A DNA stretch of 64,000 nt, from the NCBI RefSeq assembly GCF_006345805.1, contig NC_043019.1:2108001-2172000 (forward strand), read 5' to 3'. Source of the stretch: Octopus sinensis. Lineage: Eukaryota. The notes below the pieces were generated by a model that saw only the letters and a list, made by a program, of their open reading frames with translations, was not told where the DNA came from and made no database searches. A program made the position numbers and the translations under genes. This document shows, one piece after another, positions 1 to 10,504 of the stretch (positions are counted from its first letter, which is position 1; the number at the start of each line of letters is the position of its first letter).

Positions 1-130
1 TTCGGCAAAAAGAACCGATAGAATAAGTACTTGCTTACAAAGAATAAGTCCCGGGGTCGATTTGCTCGACTAAAGGCGGTGCTCCAGCATGGCCGCAGTC
101 AAAATGACTGAAACAAGTAAAAAGAGAAAA
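1..130 (+). mobile_element. SINE family A, 3' part
   Basis: Matches the 3' module of other family-A copies (GACCGATAGAATAAGTAC...GGCGGTGCTCCAGCATGGCCGCAGTC...GAAACAAGTAAAA). Confidence 0.9.
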
Positions 131-699
131 AAAATGAGATATATATATAAACTACAGTTTCAATATATAACAAAAATAAACAGGTCATTTTTAAATACAG
201 AGGATCTGATTGAATTTAAAATTAAAAAGATGGATCAAATATGGGAGTAGGACTCCATATCTACGAGACAGCGAATTAAAAATTAAAAATAGAATATATA
301 TGAAAATGATGAGAAAAAAATCTAAAATTTACGTTATTATTGACAAAGCTTCATCGGTTTCAGATCTAATAGTTATCATTATTTTCTGGAAGATTGGGAT
401 AAGAATTTATCACTCACAAATTTTCGCCATTTGGTTGCATAGAAATAATATATATTTCTGTGTTACAGACCCTGTAGTTGGATGAACATCTAGAAAATAA
501 CCTGAAAGTATTTTGTTCTGACGGAGCAAATGTAATATTTGACAAAAATTCAGGAGTCGATGCTAAACGTCCGAATGAACGCAATAAATCACTTGAACAT
601 ATTTATTGATATTCTTTGATAAAGCATAGAAGACTTCGTAAGTCAAACAAAGATCAGAGCTTATTAAAATTTTGGATAATTATTATTAGACATCCAAAT

Positions 700-860
700 G
701 TAGCGTATAGCTTCTTGCCGCCTTAGCTCAGCATTTTCTTCTAAAGAAAAATATGCAAGAATGACTCACTGTATTTTCCATAAATCTTTCCTAGGAGGTT
801 TAGCCATGATAGATATGTATATAAAGGAATTTATTTACTGATAAATGCCCACTAAGCCAT
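700..860 (+). pseudogene. Possible highly decayed L1/Tx1-like LINE ORF2 fragment
   Basis: Manual translation around 751-840 gives KYARMTHCIFHKSFLGGLAMIDMYIK, resembling the post-RT 'GGLG(L)xD' motif. Only this one motif supports the call. Confidence 0.25.
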
Positions 861-1976
861 AAATATGAAACTGCCATGAGTTGAAAAATAAAAAAGGCCA
901 ATCAATACTTATGGTATTACACACAAAAAGAGAAGTGACACCTATGAAAAGAAAACATTTCAGCATATTGAATTTGTTGAAAATAAGAAATATATCAGCC
1001 TTTCAAACCAAGGACTGCTAAAGGCAGTAATATGAAATATGAAGCTAAAATTCATGGGAAGTGATATGTATTATAAATCAAGAAAACAATGCCCAAGACA
1101 CTAATAAAATTCATGAATTCATAAATATTGTTAACCCAGATTTTTGTAACGCAAATAAAGTTGTTGCTCCCTAGAAAGCAATTGATAAAAAGATACATGA
1201 ATTTTATTAACAATTTCAGCATAAAATCTCAGTCAACGACCTTCGAGATTATTTTGAAGCTGTTGAATAAAAATTACCATGATACGATCTCAATGCCGTA
1301 TATAAAGCAAAAAAAAATGTAATTATTATCGTTACTCTAAGTTCTCCAGAGGCAGGAAATGGGTATCTGATAATGAACATTACATATCTAGATAAAAACG
1401 AATTTCCTAGTTTCAGTTTGATGGTGATGAACAAAAATCACACAGCGAGCGATAAAAGAGAAAGAATGTAACTAATAAAGCAAAATAAATCAATGTGAAT
1501 TAACTTTTTCAATATGAATATATTTGAGGAGTGATTATAAAAAGAGGCATCGCATTACGTAAATGATGTTGCTATTTGCTTATTTCCTTTGTAGGTTTTT
1601 GGTTACTACACCGGCAGGCAAATTTTGCTGATGATCATCAATAAATTTTGAGGTAGGGGTGTTCAGGGTTCCAAATATATTCTACAACCGTATGCCACAG
1701 ATATCAGTTCTTATTCACTCATTATCTCATCATATGAATCAATAATGAGACGGTTATATGTTAACAAAATAAAGCAACCATGATATATGAAGATAAATGT
1801 TTATATATATATATTTGTGCATGCATGTACATGATCACATGATATATATATATATATATATATATTAAATATTATTTTTAGGAAATAAAAGTTCCGTCAT
1901 AACAGAGGTACAAATTATTCTCAATGAAGAAATATATTTTAATTTAGAGATAGTAGGGGTCTACTATTACTGAATT

Positions 1977-2033
<57 letters not shown>

Positions 2034-2600
2034 TGTGATCACATGAACGACCACATTATCATATGCTGTTACACAACGCTACTCACAATGCGCTATGCAT
2101 TATTTTAGCCTTCAAAATACGCCACCCGCTGGTCAAGCGAGTAGGTCAACATTCCCACAGACCCGATCGCGAGTGAGGCCTGCAGCATCGTGATATGAAG
2201 TGTTTTGCTCGAGAACCCACGTGGATTCAGCTTTCATAAAGGATTATCTGTGTCGAGAAAATGATAAAACTAAATATCTTAAATATTCCAATTCCAACTT
2301 TCGCTTCTTTTCCTCCTGTAATTTTTCCAGGTTCAATAAAATCAAAAAATGAACATTCCTGCATCTGCATCTGCATATATATATATATGTATGTGTGTGT
2401 TGTGTGTGTGTGTGTGGTGTGTGTGTGTGTGTGTGTGTGTGGTTTGTGTGTCTGTGTTTGTCCCCCGCCCCAACATCGCTTGACAACCGATGCTGGAACA
2501 AGTAAAGGGAAAGAGAGAATGGGAGAGTGAACGAGATTGATTGATACGCAAATATATATATGTACATATACATATATATATATATCCATACATACATATA

Positions 2601-3015
2601 TAGGCGTAGGATTGGTTGTGTGGTAAGTAGCTTGCTTACCAACCACATGGTCCCGGGTCCAGTCCCACTGCGTGGCACATTGGGCAAGTGTCTTCTACTA
2701 TAGCCTCGGGCCGACGAAAGCCTTGTGAGTGGATTTGGTAGACGGAAACTGAAAGAAGCCCATCATATATATGTATATATGTATATATGTGTGTGTGCGC
2801 GCTTGTATGTCTGTGTTTATCCCCCACCCCAACATCGCTTAACAACCGATGCTGGTGTGTTTACGTCCCCGTAACTTAGCAGTTTGGCAAGAGACCGATA
2901 GAATAAGTACTAGGCTTACAAAGAATAAGTCCTGGGGTCGATTTGCTCGACTAAAGGTGGTGCTCTAGCATTGGCCACAGTCAAATGACTGGAACAAGTA
3001 AAAGAGTAAAGAGAG
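2601..3015 (+). mobile_element. SINE family A, full length (tRNA-derived head, internal TA/TG microsatellite)
   Basis: A-box-like TGGTTGTGTGGTAAG, B-box-like GGTCCAGTCCC, and body and tail shared with more than 10 copies in the window. Confidence 0.9.
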
Positions 3016-3060
3016 AATGAGAGAGTGAGAGAGATTGATAGATACACAATATTATATATA

Positions 3061-3380
3061 CATATACATATATTTGTATATGTATATACATATATTACAT
3101 ATATATACATATGATACACAAATATATATATGTACATATACATATATTTGTATATGTATATACATATATTACATATATATACATATGATACACAAATATA
3201 TATATGTACATATACATATATTTGTATATGTATATACATATATTACATATATATACATATGATACACAAATATATATATATATGTACATATAAATATATT
3301 TGTATATATATATGATACACAAATATATATGTACATATACATAAATTTGTATATCTATATACATACATATATTACATATG
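3061..3380. repeat. 74-bp TA-derived minisatellite, about 4 units
   Basis: CATATACATATATTTGTATA recurs at 3061, 3135 and 3209. Confidence 0.85.
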
Positions 3381-3386
3381 CGAGGA

Positions 3387-3645
3387 CATTTGAACCCAGA
3401 AGGTAAAGAAATATCTATTTCTTTACTACCCACAAGAGGCTAAACACAGAGGGAACAAACAAGGACAGACAAACGGATTAAGTCGATTACATCAACCCCA
3501 GTGCGTAACTGGTACTTAATTTATCGACCCCGAAAGGATGAAAGGCAAAGTCGACCTCGGCGGAATTTGAACTCAGAACGTAACGGCAGACGAAATACCG
3601 CTAAGCATTTTTCATGATGTGCTAACGACTCTATCAGCTCCTTAA
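3387..3645 (-). mobile_element. SINE family B
   Basis: Reverse complement of the B-box GAGTTCAAATTCC and the core GCCGAGGTCGACTTTGCCTTTCATCCTTTCGGGGTCGATAAA. Confidence 0.9.
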
Positions 3646-4393
3646 ATGTCCTTAATTAGCAATGCCGCATTCTCAGTTAGGATACAAGTGTGTTTTGAAA
3701 GATTATCAATGAAAACGATCCACACGTGTACATACCTGCGAATAGCTTTAAATGAAATGAAAACTATGTGTTCTGAGGGACTTTTCTATATAGGCTACTC
3801 TGATGCAATGCTATCATCTATCAGGAAACGTAGAAGATTTTAGAAGTCCTTTGGCTAAATCTGAAGAATCTACACTTGATTTATCACCTGTAACAAGGCA
3901 ATGACATCCTTATCATTGCCAAGAAAGGTGGCTGTACTATTAATTAAGCTTAATTCTCCAGTATTCTTACGATTATAAGCTACACTTGAAAACCTGACTA
4001 ATTAGTATAATGTGCATCTTGTATCGCCAATAGTATCAGTACCGCGCAAATTTATTCCTCTGCAATGTTTAGATAATCTAATAAATAGTACATCCTTATA
4101 TAAAAGTATAAAGGTAAAAAATTAACATAATTTATTACCAGTGGTTCACATGATTAATAAACGTAGTAAGACAAAATATTTTGTATAAATGTGAATAAAG
4201 ATTTACTGACGGAGAGAAGACCTTTGACAGGACATCTTACATGATAAAAAATGCAGTACATCCTTATATGCGTACATATGTATATGTGTCTGCATGTGTA
4301 TATATGTGTTAGTATAGGACTTAGAACTTAATTATGGGTACAAGCTGTTAAACCCTAAGTGTTTTCTCTTTGCTGTATAAAACAAATCTTTTT

Positions 4394-4432
4394 AACATTT
4401 GATAAGATGGATACATCGAAACCGGTTGTGTT
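4394..4432 (+). ncRNA. Minimal type I hammerhead ribozyme, U3:A8 variant
   Basis: P1 AACAT/GTGTT; core TTGATAA (4399-4405); P2 GATG-[GATA]-CATC; GAAA 4418-4421; palindromic P3 ACCGGT; cleavage triplet GUU. Confidence 0.7.
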
Positions 4433-4540
4433 TTAAATCAATCACTTTAAGGAAAAAAGATTAAACATTCTCTAGATTATACTTCTATGCCTCTTCCAAC
4501 TTTAATTGCCTTTTAACTATATATATATATATATATATAT

Positions 4541-5069
4541 GAATAAATAAATGGAGTTTAACGCAGGTATAAATCAAATATTTTTACTTTCGACACATGT
4601 TTCGAAAATTCCACTGATATTATTCAAAAGTATAAATGGTATAAACAATGCAGTCTTCTCTTCAGGAAAGTGAAAAAACGAAACTCGTCAAGAAGACATT
4701 TTAGCAAAAAATGATGGATATGTATAGTGATTAACTGAACGCTATTAATATTGTTTAAAAAAACGTTATATGATATAACGTCAGAAGTAGCTTACAGAAA
4801 GAGTAGAGATATCAATAGTGAATGTTAACTATAAAGGAAATTAAAGTGTAAATTATATATAATGATAGAGATTACTTATATGCACTAAAGGTGTGTTTTT
4901 GCCAATGTTTACATATGTATGCTCGCTTTATAACCGTGTTTACTAGGGGATTTTTAGAAAAAATAATGAAAAATTGTTCAGAATTACAGAGAAGGCAGAA
5001 TTCCTTGCCTTTGTCATAAGGTATCGAATCTGAGAGAATCAACCATTCTAAATTAAATTGTTCATTGTG
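4541..5069 (-). mobile_element. Penelope-like element 3' end: endonuclease C-terminus plus 3' repeat with hammerhead
   Basis: 5069-4872 (-) translates open as HNEQFNLEWLILSDSIPYDKGKEFCLLCNSEQFFIIFSKNPLVNTVIKRAYICKHWQKHTFSAYK*. The 'W..PY..G..CxLC..E...LxN...CxH' pattern fits a PLE (probably Naiad-type) endonuclease C-terminus. It ends at a (TA)n tract and is 5'-interrupted by a SINE. Confidence 0.75.
4582..4676 (-). ncRNA. Type I hammerhead ribozyme, canonical core
   Basis: Minus strand: P1 TTTTcACTTTC/GAAAGTaAAAA; CTGAAGA (4665-4659); P2 GAAGA/TTTTC with a long loop; GAAA; P3 ACA[TG]TGT; GUC, with the cut between 4592 and 4591. Confidence 0.8.
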
Positions 5070-5071
5070 GT

Positions 5072-5474
5072 CTTTTAGTCGACAAAATCGACCCCAGGAC
5101 TAATTCTTTATAAGCCTAGTACTAGTTCTATCGTTCTCTTTTGCCGAAACGCTAAGTTACGGGGACGTAAACACACCAGCATCGGTTGTCAAGCGATGTT
5201 GGGGGAGACACACACAGACACACAAGCACACACACATACATATATACATATATACGACGGGCTTCTTTCAGTTTCCGTCTACCAAATCGACTCACAATAC
5301 ATATATACGGCAGACTTCTTTCAGTTTCCGTCTACCAAATCCACTCACAAGGCATTGGTCGGCCCGAGGCTATAGTAGAAGACACTTGCCCAAGGTGCCA
5401 CGCAGTGGGACTGAACCCGGAACCATGCGGTTGGTAAGCAAGCTACTTACCACACAGCCACACTCTGCGCCTAC
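5072..5474 (-). mobile_element. SINE family A
   Basis: Reverse-complement copy with a truncated tail abutting the PLE ORF. Confidence 0.9.
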
Positions 5475-5586
5475 ATTGTATATATATATGTGTATATGTG
5501 TATGTGTATGTGTATGTGAGCGTTTGAGTGTTTGTGTATGTGTGTGTGTGTTTGTGTGTGTATGTGTGTGTGTGTGTTTGTGTGTG

Positions 5587-5617
<31 letters not shown>

Positions 5618-5679
5618 ATTTTTATTTCTTTTGTTTTATTTTAATATGCAGCATGTATGAGAAATCTCTGAAATGTCAG

Positions 5680-5880
5680 AGGGGTTAGAACGCCGGGCAA
5701 AATGCTTACCGCCCTTTCGTCTGGCGTTACGTTCTGATTTTGAATTCCGCTGCTGACGACTTTGCTTTTCGTCCTTCGAGATCGATAAAAGAAGTACCAG
5801 TTGAGTACTTGGGATCGATGTAATTGAATTGCCCTCTCCCCTAAACTTGCTGGTCTTGAACCAAAATTTGAAATGAATAT
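5680..5880 (+). mobile_element. SINE family B, diverged
   Basis: Degenerate head and core match. Confidence 0.75.
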
Positions 5881-6257
5881 ATATATGCGTGTTTGTAAAG
5901 ACGTATCTTTGCGTGGAGATATGTGTTGAATTTTGAAGGGAAATTTTGTCAACAAAAAACACACACAATGGCTATACTTCATTCGTTTTAACATTATTAA
6001 ACTTGCTAATTAATTAACCAAGTAATTATTTGATTGATTTATTAATCGTTAGATCAATCAATTCAATCTGTTGTGGTTTGCCATTCTGGAACTCATCAAT
6101 GACGGGACTTTGTTATTCCAAATTACGAACGGCGTCCTTAGGATGCTGACAAACTGATTAATTTGTTTCATTGCATGATTACCCAAGTGGTCGATTAGTT
6201 ATTCGGTTAATTAGATAACTAGTTGGTTAATAACAATAAGAAGATTAAAAAAAGAAC

Positions 6258-6421
6258 CACAGCTGTGTGGCTGTATTGTAAGAAGTTTGATTCTCCACCA
6301 TATGGTCTCAGGTTCATCCCACACCGAGATACTTTGGGCAGCAACTGTCTTTTACCGTAGACCCGAGGCGATGCAGGGTTTTGAATGGTAGGCAGAAACT
6401 GAAAGAAGACCGTCGTATATA
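6258..6421 (+). mobile_element. SINE family A head, diverged, interrupted by mariner
   Basis: TGGCTGTATTGTAAG...GGTTCATCCC...GAAACTGAAAGAAGAC. Confidence 0.7.
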
Positions 6422-7230
6422 TATTGGATCGTCCTGAAAATTCGTGCCGAATTATAGTTGTTAAACTTTCGACTTATTTTAGAACATGATTGAGTTCATA
6501 AAATAGGATTTGACTACACCTCCATTTAGAGCACAGTTTAAGCTACCTTTTCCTGGAAGAGAGTTTATGTTCCTATAACCTGTGTTAATTCTGTAATCCT
6601 TTAAAATGGAAGAAAAGATAGTTCGTTTTCGGCACTTGATACTTTGGAAACCAGAAAATAATTGCTGCAGCTCGGCTGGGATGTGTTACCCCACCCTCCA
6701 TATTCACCAGATATTGTTCCTTCGGATTTCCACTCTGCAGAATAGTCTTAATGGTAAAAATTTCAATTCCTTGGATGACATAAAAAGAGACCTTGGTGAA
6801 TTCTTTGCCTATTTCTTTACTGCCCACAAGGGGCTAAACACAGAGAAGACAAACAAAGACAGACAAACGGATTAAGCCGATTATATCGACCCCAGTGCCC
6901 AATTGGTCCTTAATTTATCGACCCCGAAAGGATGAAAGGCAAGGTCGACCTCGGCGGAATTTGAACTCAGAACGTAGCGGCAGACGAAATACCGCTAAGC
7001 ATTCCGTCCGGCGTGCTAACGATTCTGCCAGCAAGTCGCCCTTCATGAATTCTTTACCATGAAACCACATCAATTCTGGGAAGAGGGTATTTTCAAGTTA
7101 AAGGAAAGATTGAGACGCATTGTGCAACAAAATGGTTCATATTTGGTTGATTAAAAATGTAATGGCGAGTATTTATTGACCTTTTTTCCTTCCTTCAAAA
7201 ATCGGCACGAACTTTCCGGGCAACCCAATA
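6422..7230 (+). mobile_element. Internally deleted mariner transposon
   Basis: About 30-bp imperfect TIRs with TA at both ends. Fragments read LGWDVLPHPPYSPDIVPSDFH, LQNSLNGKNFNSLDDIKRDLGEFF and FWEEGIFKLKERLRRIVQQNGSYLVD*, matching the mariner YSPDLAPSD motif and C-terminus. Confidence 0.9.
6810..7045 (-). mobile_element. SINE family B inserted in mariner
   Basis: Flanked by a 13-bp TSD TGAATTCTTT(G/A)CC at 6797-6809 and 7046-7058. Confidence 0.9.
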
Positions 7231-7364
7231 CATATGTGTGTGAGTTTAGATGGATATATTATCCGGGAGAATAACATGGTAGCTCTCAGTTATGTTTCAG
7301 GTTACGGCTAACAGCCTCGATGAGTATTTAACGTCTATGAATACCAGGAGTTGCCCCTCATGCT

Positions 7365-8216
7365 GTAAAGACATGTACTGTGTTCGTTAAATAAATAATA
7401 TTTATCTCGCACCAGATAGAGTACTCTTTTTGTTGAATTTTCTATCACAGAACAGTACATTACACACGCACACGCACACACACACACCACACACTCACAC
7501 ACACCACACACACAACACCACACTCACACACAAACACACACACACCACACCACACTCACACACACACACACTCACACACACATAAGTAAAATTATATAAA
7601 AGGCACGTTGCTTCAATAAACCTTTTGAATTCAAAGAATGTATGATTCTCTTCCTTTCAAATCAAGGGAGCAATTTTCGCGTAATTGGTTAAAAAAGTCC
7701 CCGACCCGTATTGGATAGAGCATATATTCATGGATAATTCCGTGTCCCCTTCAATGGATGGTACTATTTTCTTAACTTTATATTTTCAATCACTATAATG
7801 ATAGAAAATATGGAGACTTGTACATATTCAAAATTTATTTCCTACTATTTTACAATGTCATACTGTTTAACCATGAATATATGCTCTATCCAATACGGGT
7901 CGGGGACTTTTTTAACCAATTACACCAAAATTGATTTGAAAGGAAGAGAATCATACATTCTTTGAATTCAAAAGGTTTATTGAAGCAACGTGCCTTTTAT
8001 ATAATTTTACTTATGTGTGTATATGTGTGTGTGTGTGTGAGTGTGTGTGTGTGAGTGTGGTGTTGTGTGTGTGTGTGTGTGTATGTGTGTGGTGTGTGTG
8101 TGTGCGGCGTGTGTGTGTGTAATGTACTGTTCTGTGATAGAAAATTCAACAAAAAGAGTACTCTATCTGGTACGAGATAAATTATTATATTTAACGAACA
8201 CAGTACATGTCTTTAC
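7365..8216. repeat. Long fold-back inverted repeat, arms 7365-7733 and 7871-8216
   Basis: The arms are near reverse complements, including a mirrored (CA)n/(TG)n tract; spacer about 135 bp. Confidence 0.9.
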
Positions 8217-8237
8217 TGTGCTACTAATAGTTTATAC

Positions 8238-8550
8238 TGGAGGCGCAATGGCCCAGTGGTTAGGGCATCAAACTCGCGGTCAGAGGATCGCGGTTTCGAT
8301 TCCCAGACCGGGCGTTGTGTGTATTTATGAGCGTAAACACCTAAAAGCTCCATTAGACTCCAGCAGGGGGTGGTGGCGACTCCTGTTTGTATTCTTCTCC
8401 ACAACTTTCTCTCACACTCTCTTCCTGTTTCTTGAGTAACGCTGCGTGGACTGGTGTCCCGTCAGCTGGGGAACACATACGCCACAGAAACCGGAAACCC
8501 CGGGCCCATGAGCCTGGCTAGGCTTGAACAGGGCGAAAAAAACAAAAAAA
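8238..8550 (+). mobile_element. SINE family C (tRNA-like head), tail type 1
   Basis: TGGCCCAGTGGTTAGG A-box and GGTTTCGATTCC B-box; tail GTAACGCTGCG..GGACTGG..CCCGTC.AGCTGGGGAAC shared with family D. Confidence 0.85.
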
Positions 8551-8987
8551 AAGAAATAGCTTCATATGTTGAGAAACATCTTCAAGCATATTCTGCAGGG
8601 ACAAACGACATAGCATAACGAACTAAAAAAAATGAATACAAGAAGACGCAAAAGAAACTGAGAAGGCAGCATATAAAAAACACAGAATGTAAAAAACGGA
8701 AAACAAAAACACAAAAATTAAGATGTAAGAAGTAAAAAAATAAAAAAGTAAAAGAGTTATTCTCTCTAGCCATAAGTTTATAAGGCGGAAAGATATCAAC
8801 AAATTTCCAATTCTTCAAAATATTTATATATATATGCATGCAACGGTCAAAAATTTCTGACCTAGAGTTCTGTAGAGTGTTAGGGATCTTAGATCTGAAA
8901 AAATCTACGCTCTTTCAACTAAGCAAAGCCTACATTTATTCGATCCATGAACATAAAGTATGGATTTCTCAATACGTTGCACTTAAT

Positions 8988-9204
8988 TACGAGAAGATGT
9001 TGAAAAATTCCTGGCTTTGAGTAAAAGAAAATATAAGAGGATCAGTTAATTATGATTTTGTTCAACATTTTCCCTCTCAGATTCACACACTTATTGAACG
9101 GTCCTTCGGTTTTTCTAAGCCATTTAATAGAACACGGAAGTTTTGGGCCTCCACAAGGCCATTCGCGATACCTTTAAAGCAGGAACTTCACCAACCCACT
9201 CGTG
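8988..9204 (-). mobile_element. Mariner-derived MITE, copy 1
   Basis: Reverse-orientation homolog of 52518-52741 with degenerate TIRs. Confidence 0.75.
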
Positions 9205-9751
9205 TGTGTGCGCGTGTGTGTGTGTGTGTGGTGTGTGTGGTGTGTGTGTGTGTGGGGTATGTGTGCGTCTGTCTGTGTCTGTGTCTCCTACAAAAATGTG
9301 TGCGCTTGAATTGTCTTTCGTATTAATTACACAATTGTTATATTCACTTGATTTAGTATTATTTTAAACTTGGTCAATTAATTAACCACCTACTATTTGT
9401 TTGCAAAATCGTTAGATTAATCATCCACTCCAATCCAATGTTGTTGTCTGCCATTTTGTAACTCATCAATTATGGTCTTTGTTACTCCAGGTCACGAATG
9501 GCAACGCTAGGACGCTGATAAACCAAATGATGTAATTTGTTTCATCGATGATTACCCACCAGTCGATTGGTTATTTGGCTAATTAGGCAACTAGTTTTGC
9601 TAATAACAATAAACGGTTTAAAAAACTGTAGCAGACGTGGCTGTGTTACAACTGTAGCAGACGTGGCTTCATAAGCATACAGTTTCGGGTTCATTATTTC
9701 TGCCAGATACCTTGGGCAGCAATTATCTTCTGCGGGGCCATGAAAGCTTTT

Positions 9752-9851
9752 NNNNNNNNNNNNNNNNNNNNNNNNNNNNNNNNNNNNNNNNNNNNNNNNN
9801 NNNNNNNNNNNNNNNNNNNNNNNNNNNNNNNNNNNNNNNNNNNNNNNNNNN
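9752..9851. other. Assembly gap (100 N)
   Basis: Run of N. Confidence 1.
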
Positions 9852-10386
9852 AGTTGACAAATATATTTTATGAATAAACGGATAGGGATAAATAGAGAGA
9901 CGGATAAATAAATAAATGGGTGAAAAAGTTCAAAATTTAAAATTGGGGGAGGGGTGAAATTTGAGCCCCTTATTAAACTTTATCACATTAATTATTTAAT
10001 ATTGATGCTTGTTTCTCATAAAATGGCTTACATGGCGATGTGGTGTATATTTAATTTACATTATATTATTAGTTACGATTATTTAAGGCAAACACAAGTA
10101 AAACGCAAATTCTTTTCATTTTAATATTTTTATCTGTATTTAAGTTCGATTTGCATTTGTTCGTCAATTTTAATTGGAGAAGGGGGTGAAAGTACAATTT
10201 TTTTTTGCATATTCGTAATATCCGACATCTAAAACGTAGGAATCCGAAAAGATTTTTTTCAAAAAAAATTTATTTTTCAAGGAGTGGTGCGAAACTGCTT
10301 CGGCCCCAAAAGATGATGTAATTGCTCAATCCCTACTTAAAACGTAGGTTTTGAGACTAAAATTGCCTGAAACCTCCTGGTTTATA

Positions 10387-10504
10387 TTAAAATTATAAAT
10401 TAGAGTATCTACGAGATACCACCATGCTGAAAATAGCAGCCATGATCTGACTCTAAAACCACATTAATTGTCCATCTCGTAGATACCCTAATTTATAATT
10501 TTAA
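10387..10504. repeat. Short inverted repeat, 31-bp arms
   Basis: TTAAAATTATAAATTAGAGTATCTACGAGAT at 10387-10417 versus its reverse complement at 10474-10504, 1 mismatch. Confidence 0.8.

Noticed and set aside
3738-3889. Minus-strand segment with acceptor and GTATGT donor
   Set aside because: All three frames contain stops.
5386-5688. Recurrent peptides such as MPKVPRSGTEPGTM and QIHSQGFGRPEAIVEDTCPRCH
   Set aside because: Antisense translations of SINE family A, not a gene family.
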